Shown here: positions 8,302 to 15,274 of the stretch, piece by piece
How the letters are laid out: every line of letters begins with the position of its first letter
Position numbering within the stretch: the first letter of the stretch is position 1
From: a virus
Taxonomy: Duplodnaviria > Caudoviricetes
DNA: 30,972 bases
Strand: one strand, 5' to 3'
Virus record (IMG/VR): IMGVR_UViG_3300030376_005550
Coordinates: 1-30,972 of that record
Translations under genes and position numbers: made by a program
Notes under the pieces: generated by a model
Databases searched by the model: none
The model's input: only the letters and a program-made list of their open reading frames with translations
Told to the model about the DNA's origin: nothing

Positions 8302-8748
8302 ATGAGTGATGAGTTTAAAGACAGAATTATGGCAAGCCTGGACTCGTTCTATTCGAAGAATGATCCGAGCTATCGCAAAGCTAAAACCAAGGCGAAGAAG
8401 AAGCGCACCAAGAGCGACATCCCAACGGAGCATTGGGAGCAAGTTCAGGTGGTTAACTGGTTGCGCAAGAACGGTTGGGTTTACTTTGCCGTTCCTAATG
8501 GGGGCAGTCGTAGCAGCGCCATCGAGGGTAGCAGAATGCGAAGCGAGGGCGTTTGTGCTGGGGTGCCTGACCTTATCTGTATTGCTCCGGTGCAGTGCGT
8601 CATTGAGATGAAGAGAAGCAAGCGGGGCAGAGTTTCCGAAGTGCAAAAGGAATGGCTTGAGAAGTTCGAGGCCACGGGCAAATGGGCGTGCAAAGTGGCA
8701 CATGGTCACGAGGAAGCCATAGAGTTTCTAAAGGGATTGGTTGAATGA
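8302..8748 (+). CDS. VRR-NUC domain nuclease (putative Holliday-junction resolvase)
   Basis: EHWEQ..FAVPNGG..GVCAGVPDL..IEMK..GRVSEVQKEW motif set. Confidence 0.88.
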   Translation: MSDEFKDRIMASLDSFYSKNDPSYRKAKTKAKKKRTKSDIPTEHWEQVQVVNWLRKNGWVYFAVPNGGSRSSAIEGSRMRSEGVCAGVPDLICIAPVQCVIEMKRSKRGRVSEVQKEWLEKFEATGKWACKVAHGHEEAIEFLKGLVE

Positions 8749-8885
8749 TCGCGGCTATCGGAGGGGTCCTAGCCTTGATCGTTCTATTTGTAATTATGGA
8801 GGTCTGGTCGGTGAACAAGAGCACCAAAGATCTCAACGAGAGGATAAGAAAGTTTCGGAGGGGAGACCATGGGGGAGAAGAGTAA
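8745..8885 (+). CDS. small single-pass membrane protein
   Basis: MIAAIGGVLALIVLFVIMEVWSVNKSTKDLNERIRKFRRGDHGGEE, 46 aa; ATGA overlap with the VRR-NUC gene; below the ORF-track cutoff. Confidence 0.65.
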   Translation: MIAAIGGVLALIVLFVIMEVWSVNKSTKDLNERIRKFRRGDHGGEE

Positions 8886-9051
8886 ACCAAAAGGCTGGTA
8901 TCTTAAAGAGAAGAGAAAAGAGCTGGCTATGCAGATAAGAATGGTGAGGCGATGGATTGAAAGCTGCACCGACATAGACAGGATAGAGGACTTAAAAGAG
9001 TACCTCTGGCGGCTTGAGTACAAAGAGATTTTCTTAGCAAGAAAGAAATAA
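8869..9051 (+). CDS. hypothetical protein
   Basis: SD GGAGGGGAG upstream; last gene of the plus-strand operon. Confidence 0.65.
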   Translation: MGEKSKPKGWYLKEKRKELAMQIRMVRRWIESCTDIDRIEDLKEYLWRLEYKEIFLARKK

Positions 9052-9072
9052 ACCAGAAGAAGAACTTTATTG

Positions 9073-9267
9073 TCAGGCTTTGCGCTTTCGGAGCTTCGCC
9101 AGTGTTTGGGCAAAACGCGCACGCTGGCCCAGCTTGCCGCCCTTCTTCGCAGCCGCCGCTAACTTCTTAGCAGAGATCTTCTTTCCCGCCTTCACACCAA
9201 GCTGCTTACGCAAAGCACCCGGTTTCTTGATTGCATCCTTAATAAAGTTCTTTTTCTTTGCAGCCAT
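9073..9267 (-). CDS. small Lys-rich basic protein
   Basis: 64 aa, about 23 K/R versus 1 acidic; IKDAIKKPGALRKQLG...GKLGQRARFA; TGATG coupling. Confidence 0.85.
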   Translation of the reverse strand: MAAKKKNFIKDAIKKPGALRKQLGVKAGKKISAKKLAAAAKKGGKLGQRARFAQTLAKLRKRKA

Positions 9268-9371
9268 CACTTACCCTTCTTCGGGCCTTTCTTGGTGCCT
9301 TTCTTAACGGTCATCTTCTTCTTGGGTGGCCGTCCAACTTTGCTTCCGTATGTTCCTTTTCCTTGTGGCAT
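9267..9371 (-). CDS. 34-aa basic peptide with AT-hook-like GRPPKK motif
   Basis: MPQGKGTYGSKVGRPPKKKMTVKKGTKKGPKKGK; TGATG overlaps at both ends; not in the ORF track. Confidence 0.8.
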   Translation of the reverse strand: MPQGKGTYGSKVGRPPKKKMTVKKGTKKGPKKGK

Positions 9372-9628
9372 CACTTCTTCCCCTTCTTAAATGTTGATAC
9401 ATTGCGAGGCTTGCCACCACTAGGGAGACCAGCCTTGCGTTTACGCTTAACTGCGGATGTCTTCTGCGCCTTACTCATCTTCTTAGCTTTGGCTTTCGGT
9501 ACGCATTTAGGGTAGCCCTTGCCACCGGACTTCTTGCGGCCACACGGCGGGTGTGAGCCGTCCTTATTGGTGCGGCTAATATCTACCCAATCCTCATCAA
9601 ACCACTTTGCTAAACCTGTCTTAGCCAT
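9371..9628 (-). CDS. small basic protein with Cys pair
   Basis: GLAKWFDEDWVDI...PCGR...YPKCVP; TGATG overlaps at both ends. Confidence 0.85.
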   Translation of the reverse strand: MAKTGLAKWFDEDWVDISRTNKDGSHPPCGRKKSGGKGYPKCVPKAKAKKMSKAQKTSAVKRKRKAGLPSGGKPRNVSTFKKGKK

Positions 9629-9816
9629 CACTTGCCAGCCTTGCGTTTACGCTTAGTGCTGGTCTTCTGAGTGCGCCAAGAGCCGCCCATCTTCTTATAT
9701 TCCTTGACCGCATAAGCGTTGGCGTAAGCCGATGGATAAACATCAAACTTAGAACGAGCCTTGGCTTTTGCCCTGGACCACTTTGCTTTGTCGGTTGGAA
9801 CATTCTTCGTCGCCAT
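9628..9816 (-). CDS. small basic protein
   Basis: KFDVYPSAYANAYAVKEYKKMGGSWR core; TGATG overlaps at both ends. Confidence 0.85.
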   Translation of the reverse strand: MATKNVPTDKAKWSRAKAKARSKFDVYPSAYANAYAVKEYKKMGGSWRTQKTSTKRKRKAGK

Positions 9817-9989
9817 CACTTGCCTACTTTCTTCATGGCATCTTTATGAGCCTGCGTGAAAGTTTTGCCTGCACGCATTGACCTGCGCATCTCAGACATG
9901 TGCTTCTTCGTGTGATGCACCGAGTGAGATTTCAATGTCTTCTCTTGTCTTGCTGTTAGCTTCTTTGTCGGTTTCTTTTTTGCGGCCAT
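9816..9989 (-). CDS. small basic His-rich protein
   Basis: MAAKKKPTKKLTARQEKTLKSHSVHHTKKHMSEMRRSMRAGKTFTQAHKDAMKKVGK, 57 aa; TAATG overlap with the endolysin; not in the ORF track. Confidence 0.8.
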   Translation of the reverse strand: MAAKKKPTKKLTARQEKTLKSHSVHHTKKHMSEMRRSMRAGKTFTQAHKDAMKKVGK

Positions 9990-10534
9990 TAGATTTTAAT
10001 CCCCACGTCCAAAAGAGCTTCAAGGCGCTTGGTCTCAAGCTTATACTTTACTTCATTACGCATTGCGTTAAGGTCGAGGTGAGGACCAGGGCATTGCTTC
10101 TTGGGGTCACTGCTTGAACCTGGAAGCTCGGTGTGGCCGTGAATCGTTAGGCCATAACCGGCAAGCGCCGTAAGCAAATCAATCAATGCGCATTCTTGCT
10201 CATTGGTTGGAGCGTGCTTTGTGAAGTCACCGATGCAAGCAACCGACACGCTAGAGCTATTCCACTTCTTTGCATGGGGTCCGGTATCAGTCATTGGCAG
10301 GCATTGGTCGATGGTGCCATCTTTGCGAATGATGAAGGTGTAAGGCATTTGACCGCCAGTGTACGAGCCCGCCGCATATTTGCTGGTGTCCTTAAAGGAG
10401 CGGCTAATCTCTGGGCCAGTCTCGCCGAGTGAGTCGCCAACCTTATGCACTACCACTTTAGCAATCTTTGAGATTTCTCTCATGCGTGGCTTGCCGTCGT
10501 CGCACTCAGTAATCTTGTTGAGGACGTAGGTCAT
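9989..10534 (-). CDS. endolysin, N-acetylmuramoyl-L-alanine amidase (Amidase_2/T7 lysozyme-like)
   Basis: VVVH, YTFIIRKDGTI, GPHAKKWNSSSVSVACIGDF, IHGH and K.CPG zinc-amidase motifs; ATG at 10534 overlaps the upstream stop. Confidence 0.88.
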   Translation of the reverse strand: MTYVLNKITECDDGKPRMREISKIAKVVVHKVGDSLGETGPEISRSFKDTSKYAAGSYTGGQMPYTFIIRKDGTIDQCLPMTDTGPHAKKWNSSSVSVACIGDFTKHAPTNEQECALIDLLTALAGYGLTIHGHTELPGSSSDPKKQCPGPHLDLNAMRNEVKYKLETKRLEALLDVGIKI

Positions 10535-10797
10535 TTGCGGCTCTTCTTCCCGACGCACTTCCAGCGTTTGCGCGAAAGGTTTAGAGGAGAGTTTGGATCT
10601 TTGGCCGCTTTGGGGAACTTCTTCTTTTGTGCGGCTGAGCGTGCGCAATAGGCATCGCCCTTACTTGTCCCTGGTTTAACACGAGGACCGCCGCCCTTAG
10701 CTTTACCCGCCTGACCATAAGAGACTTTCTTCTTACGCCCGGTCTTGGGGTTCTTAACGACTTTTACTTTCGCTTTACCTTTTGCTGGCTTTACCAT
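10531..10797 (-). CDS. small basic protein with Cys pair (DUF6321-like)
   Basis: VSYGQAG...YCARS...AAKDPNSPLNLSRKRWKC; family name from recall only. Confidence 0.8.
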   Translation of the reverse strand: MVKPAKGKAKVKVVKNPKTGRKKKVSYGQAGKAKGGGPRVKPGTSKGDAYCARSAAQKKKFPKAAKDPNSPLNLSRKRWKCVGKKSRK

Positions 10798-11245
10798 CGC
10801 ACCCTCAGTCCGGCCATCGCGGCCCAGTCTTTCGCCCCGACGTGCCCCGTCGCAATCGCCTCCACATGCTCATTGATGCGAGCGGCAGCATCAAGAGTGC
10901 CGACGACGCCGCTGAGGCTGTTAGCACTAAGACCAAGATCGATCCGTCCACCGCTGTCTGGAACCGCTGCCAGCGCACGCGTTACTCTGCTTGTGAGCTG
11001 GCTTGCTGCTTTCCCGCTTCAGCAACCGCTTCTGCGCCCATGAGAGACGACTTAATCTTAGCACGACTATTGGCATAAGAAGCCCCGCAAACGGCACTTA
11101 GAACGCCACCAGCGAGCGTGAGCCACTGGTTATCGCCTTGCGACTGCTCAAGGGTTGCGATAATAATACCGGCAATCATGCCGACTAGGTTGAGCCAGAA
11201 CTCTGATGATTTAAATCCGTTAGTCTTGTTGGCTACGCTTGGCAT
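10791..11245 (-). CDS. predicted -1 frameshift product: holin-like N-terminus fused to a YadA-anchor-like four-strand beta domain (about 151 aa)
   Basis: In-phase G GGA AAG at 11015-11009; the -1 frame is open for 72 codons to TAA at 10791, overlapping the next ATG; it has no start codon near its 5' end. Confidence 0.65.
10969..11015 (-). promoter_or_regulatory. programmed -1 ribosomal frameshift signal (slippery heptamer plus stem-loop)
   Basis: GGGAAAG, a 6-nt spacer, then a GCCAGC-T-CAC...GTG-C-GCTGGC hairpin. Confidence 0.65.
10982..11245 (-). CDS. putative holin (two transmembrane segments)
   Basis: GFKSSEFW followed by two hydrophobic segments; 87 aa; upstream of the amidase; SD AGGGGG. 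Confidence 0.7.
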   Translation of the reverse strand: MPSVANKTNGFKSSEFWLNLVGMIAGIIIATLEQSQGDNQWLTLAGGVLSAVCGASYANSRAKIKSSLMGAEAVAEAGKQQASSQAE

Positions 11246-11531
11246 GTTCAATCCCCCTTTGAAATGCTAGGAACTCGCGGAACTCTTCGCGAAACTCGCA
11301 AACGTCTCGGTGCGTCCTAGCCATTTTGTCCCGCAGGTCGCCAATGTCTGACTCCATGCGATTGATTTTCTCTTCTACGATAGTGATGCGATTGCCCGTG
11401 TTCTTGACGTTATCGTAGACGGTTCCCCCGTTGGCCTTGGCTTTGCGCGTCTCGTAGACCCGCATTGCCCAAAGAAGGCTCATAGTCAGAACACCGGTGA
11501 TACCGCCGGAAGCAAGCGTCTCCTCCACCAC
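11220..11531 (-). CDS. membrane-anchored coiled-coil lysis-module protein (holin-like or i-spanin-like)
   Basis: N-terminal hydrophobic GGITGVLTMSLLWAM, then heptad-like RITIVEEKINRMESDIGDLRDKM. Confidence 0.6.
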   Translation of the reverse strand: MVEETLASGGITGVLTMSLLWAMRVYETRKAKANGGTVYDNVKNTGNRITIVEEKINRMESDIGDLRDKMARTHRDVCEFREEFREFLAFQRGIEHAKRSQQD

Positions 11532-11869
11532 TACTCTCCATCATCCGGTGGCGGAATATTACCCGCCCATTCGGCAGCTTGTGGCTGCGTGTAGATAGTC
11601 CAGCCAGTTGCTCGGAATGCGTCTAAGTCACCACCAGCCATTAAGGTCGGAGAGTTGCATTTCCAAATCGTATGGACGCCATCGCTCGCACCTAACGCAC
11701 AATTGGCTCGATTGAACTCTGCCGAGGTTCGGTAGGTTGGATGCACCATTACCGGTTCACCTTCAGGGTCCGGGTAGGTAGGGTAGTCGTATCGAGTGAC
11801 CGCCGAGGGCAGGTCATCGTCAAGTTTGTTCACCGGTACTAATACGTAAATCCATGAACCACTACTCAT
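11531..11869 (-). CDS. hypothetical protein following the receptor-binding protein (possible assembly factor)
   Basis: Overlaps its neighbours on both sides; function inferred from position only. Confidence 0.65.
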   Translation of the reverse strand: MSSGSWIYVLVPVNKLDDDLPSAVTRYDYPTYPDPEGEPVMVHPTYRTSAEFNRANCALGASDGVHTIWKCNSPTLMAGGDLDAFRATGWTIYTQPQAAEWAGNIPPPDDGE

Positions 11870-14540
11870 TGTCTAATCCTTTTATAAGACGAAGGTCGGA
11901 ATAATAATTTCGCTTCACTTCGTCATCGCTCCAAGTTCTTTGCGCTGCTTTGAAAAGCGCGACCGGGGTTGTGCCTGTTATAGTTGCGTGCGTAGCACCG
12001 GAGCCGCCTATATTAACATCACTAAAGGTTGTAGGTAAGACTAGGGTTCTAGCGGCGGTCGTTTGCAATGCGCCGTTGGTGTACATCTTCGCCGTATTAG
12101 TACCGAAGTCGAGAGTGAATGATAGACACGCCCACTCGTTGGGGTCATACGTGACTGCGGCGTCGGCGCTTCCTGAGCCCGCCGAAACAGGCATTTCAAG
12201 CCCCCAAAGATTAGCGGAATTTTGAGTATACATACTATATCTTTGAGTTGTGGATGTATTCGTTGTTGCCACAATGTATGCGTTGCCGGTGGTCTTTCGA
12301 CCACGCACCCAAATGCTACAGGTAAACCCTTGACTGGTCGGAAACACGTCTGCGCTTGCTGGGATAATAGCGATCACGTCATTATCGTTTTCGGTCTTGT
12401 TAAGAACCGAGACGCCGCGACGTTTTAGCGTGAAGTCACCAACGATAGTCGAGCCGCTGGCGTTTTCTGGGAAGGACGCCAGAATAGGATCGCCGATAAC
12501 TGTTAAATCGTTTGAGCCTTTTCGATCTTTAATTGTGGTCAAATCATCCATAAACCATAGGTTTGTAAGCGTAGCACTCGACGCGTAATTGCCTGTATCG
12601 TTTCGCGGATCGTAGTCTGGACCTTGATTATATAGCTCCAGAATTTCAGCGGTCGACAGATCGTCAGACCAAAAGCCCATGCTAGAGCAGGTGCCATGAC
12701 ACGGTAATCCTGCGGAGTGTCGTCCGAAAATTCGATATTCAGTACCGAGCCAATCGAGCGTAAAAGCTGGTGTATGTTTAACGCCGTTCTTAAAGATACC
12801 GGCTGAGGTTATCGCGATATGAGACCACTCACCTACAGCGCAAGATACTCCCGTATAGACGACCCCCGCCGTAGAGCTATAATACACGATCTGAGAGAGA
12901 TCATAATAAAACTGATAGAGACCCGGTGTGTTCACTTCAAACCAAACATCTGCATTTACACTACTGCCCCTGAACCACCAAAACGCGATCGTAAAATCGG
13001 AATCAAAAGCGGGAATCGTTGCCGATAGCTTTTCGGCTGCGTTGTCGTCCCAGTAGATCCTTGACGCACTTTGCTGCAGTCCCAATTGCGGACACGGTAC
13101 GGGTTGAGCGAATTCCATAGAGGACGAGCCTTTATCTTCCGCTGGTTCGCCATCTGCGCCCATGTCTTGGAAGTATCGACCGCCGGTGGCACCTGTATCG
13201 TTGTAATCGCTTAGTGGGTAGTACCGCCGCAGATTGCTAGCACTAACGCCGGTGGGTAAGACTTGCTCGGGGTTGTGGTAAAGCTCGCGAACTTGGGCCG
13301 CTGTCAATTGAGAGTTAAAGACCTTTACCCCTGCGATCGCACCATCGAAAAACGTAGCACCGCCCCTCGCACCAATATCTAAGACATTTTGTCCTGCCCA
13401 CCCCTGAGCACTCTTAGAAGTTGTATTCTCTACGCCATCAATGTACGCCTTGATCGTGTTGTTTGCGGCGTCGCTTTGATCAACCGTCATCGCTAAATGA
13501 TACCATCGACCCGCCGTCAAAGTGGTTTGGTGAATGATGGCATAGTCGCCGGTGGTATCGTTTCCATAAAAGTACACGGCACCAGTTGAAAGAACAAAGA
13601 TCAGAAACGCATTGTCGCCAAGATTACCGCTTGTGACAATGTTCTGATTTGACCCAATCGCATCAGCGTTTACCCAAACAGAAACAGAGAAGAAGTCGCT
13701 TGAGTTGCTATAGATTGTTGCTTGTAAGTGATCAGCCGATCCGTCTAGCAGCACCGCCCGTCCCGTATACACTTGCGCCATTGCCGCGTTTTGTGTCAAA
13801 CTGAGACCGCGTGGGAGTTGGGCTCTATCGACACCGAACGTCGGTGAGTTGTTGGCTGTTAGATTATTACCGGTTGCGCCGCTGTCATTTGCGTTGGTTT
13901 CAAATAAGTATCGATGGATAAGGTCCGCGCTTGTGAGACCTGTCGGGACCGTTTGACCTGGATTGTTTAGAAGCTCTCTAATCTGATCTTGCGTAAGCGT
14001 CTCGTCATAAACGCGAAGGTCAAAGAGCTTCCCCTGGAAGTAATTACTTCCGCCCAAATATCGGCCAACCTCGAAAGTGACATCTGACAAATCGACCGCA
14101 ACGGTATTGCTCGGGGTTCCGTCGATCCCGTTTTTATACAGCTTCACATTACCTGCGCCCGGTGCAACCGTGAGCGCAAAATGAAACCACTCGTTAAACT
14201 CTACCGTGTTTGATGTATTGACTGACGTGCCATTGTCGAAGAAGTACAAAGCGCCCGGATTTGCGTTAGTGATCGAAATCGAAATAGCATTACCCGCGCC
14301 GCTCGTATTTCCTGTGTTTACGATGTAATCATAGGATGCTGACGTTCCTTCTCGTTTAGCCCATCCCATAATGGTGAACGAATCACCGAGCGCGGAGCTT
14401 AGTTCTGCGTTTAGGTATTGATTGGATCCGTTGAGTTGGATTGACCCATCACCGCAAAACTTCGGCTCACTCCGAAAACCTACGTCCGCCGTCAAGCCGC
14501 GCTTGGGGTACGACCTAGCTATGTCTTTTGGTGGTGCCAT
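11862..14540 (-). CDS. tail fibre/receptor-binding protein with about four LamG (ConA-like) domains
   Basis: Repeated FTI..W, WFHFALT/WYHLAMT/WSHIAIT, LYKNG/AYIDG/MYTNG and FQGKLFDLRVY/FDGAIAGVKVF motifs. Confidence 0.85.
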   Translation of the reverse strand: MAPPKDIARSYPKRGLTADVGFRSEPKFCGDGSIQLNGSNQYLNAELSSALGDSFTIMGWAKREGTSASYDYIVNTGNTSGAGNAISISITNANPGALYFFDNGTSVNTSNTVEFNEWFHFALTVAPGAGNVKLYKNGIDGTPSNTVAVDLSDVTFEVGRYLGGSNYFQGKLFDLRVYDETLTQDQIRELLNNPGQTVPTGLTSADLIHRYLFETNANDSGATGNNLTANNSPTFGVDRAQLPRGLSLTQNAAMAQVYTGRAVLLDGSADHLQATIYSNSSDFFSVSVWVNADAIGSNQNIVTSGNLGDNAFLIFVLSTGAVYFYGNDTTGDYAIIHQTTLTAGRWYHLAMTVDQSDAANNTIKAYIDGVENTTSKSAQGWAGQNVLDIGARGGATFFDGAIAGVKVFNSQLTAAQVRELYHNPEQVLPTGVSASNLRRYYPLSDYNDTGATGGRYFQDMGADGEPAEDKGSSSMEFAQPVPCPQLGLQQSASRIYWDDNAAEKLSATIPAFDSDFTIAFWWFRGSSVNADVWFEVNTPGLYQFYYDLSQIVYYSSTAGVVYTGVSCAVGEWSHIAITSAGIFKNGVKHTPAFTLDWLGTEYRIFGRHSAGLPCHGTCSSMGFWSDDLSTAEILELYNQGPDYDPRNDTGNYASSATLTNLWFMDDLTTIKDRKGSNDLTVIGDPILASFPENASGSTIVGDFTLKRRGVSVLNKTENDNDVIAIIPASADVFPTSQGFTCSIWVRGRKTTGNAYIVATTNTSTTQRYSMYTQNSANLWGLEMPVSAGSGSADAAVTYDPNEWACLSFTLDFGTNTAKMYTNGALQTTAARTLVLPTTFSDVNIGGSGATHATITGTTPVALFKAAQRTWSDDEVKRNYYSDLRLIKGLDNE

Positions 14541-14542
14541 CG

Positions 14543-14929
14543 TTAAGCCATATCCAAGCCGAGTACGTGGCCATAAATCTGGTCCGCGCCATCGTTGGTA
14601 ATATCGAACGCAATGCGGTCAATGTCACCCGCGCCAGTGCTGAGTGTTGGTGAAATGCCTGAGTCAAACTTAGTACTGGTGAATGTCACGGTCCTTGAAC
14701 CTGAGCCATCTTGCACAAAGTCCACCACAACGCTCTTGCCTTCACTGGTGCCTGGACCGTTACTGAACGCCAAGGAAGTGACGTTACCGGTCAGAGTAAG
14801 CTCTTGGTAATAGCCATTGGCGAAATCAATGGTCAAAGCACCAGAGACATTCGCTTGAAAGAAGTCGCCTTCGCCCATCTTGCCGCCACCGCCAGCAACG
14901 GCAGGGACATTAACAACTGTCTGAGTCAT
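14543..14929 (-). CDS. small beta-rich virion/tail-fibre-associated protein
   Basis: IDFANG..LTLTGNVT..VQDGSGSRTVTF..PTLST..DRIAF resembles a module common at phage fibre C-termini. Confidence 0.7.
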   Translation of the reverse strand: MTQTVVNVPAVAGGGGKMGEGDFFQANVSGALTIDFANGYYQELTLTGNVTSLAFSNGPGTSEGKSVVVDFVQDGSGSRTVTFTSTKFDSGISPTLSTGAGDIDRIAFDITNDGADQIYGHVLGLDMA

Positions 14930-15273
14930 CAGTAGCCTCCTTCGACTTCGATGAGCACGACACCGGCAGAAGAGCTTGCTACGGTGTAGTCAATTCGAAA
15001 CTTCGGCACGTTGTAACTAACAGCAAACGTAACACCGCTGCCTGGCGATACCGCTGGAGTCGATGACGCCTCCTCGGAGGCAACGCCGTCGCTAAAGATA
15101 CGCATAAGCTTGACTGCGCTAATGTCTGGACCGCTGACATTACGAATTGCTACGGTTACTTCTTTTTTGTGAAATAGCTCAAACTCGGGGCCAGTAACAG
15201 ACGTTGAGTCGCTCGTTACCTTTTTAACGATTTGCCCTACAGAGCTAGATTGTCCTTCAATTACTGTCGCCAT
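14929..15273 (-). CDS. hypothetical beta-rich structural protein
   Basis: Val/Ser-rich; coupled within the structural operon. Confidence 0.7.
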   Translation of the reverse strand: MATVIEGQSSSVGQIVKKVTSDSTSVTGPEFELFHKKEVTVAIRNVSGPDISAVKLMRIFSDGVASEEASSTPAVSPGSGVTFAVSYNVPKFRIDYTVASSSAGVVLIEVEGGY

Positions 15274-15274
15274 G

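Noticed and set aside
9052-9072. Bidirectional terminator at the convergence of the two operons
   Set aside because: Only 21 bp with no hairpin; cannot be supported.
10805-10978. Alternative 57-aa GTG-started ORF (MRWQRFQTAVDGSILVLVLTASAASSALLMLPLASM...) in the holin reading frame
   Set aside because: Weak SD, and its hydrophobic run can arise as a shadow of third-position T in the -1 frame. The -1 frame has the slip site, the hairpin and a coherent domain pattern. Not fully excluded; it is the main competing explanation.
11862-14540. Diversity-generating retroelement target in the lectin-domain gene
   Set aside because: No reverse transcriptase and no adenine-variant template repeat seen in the window.
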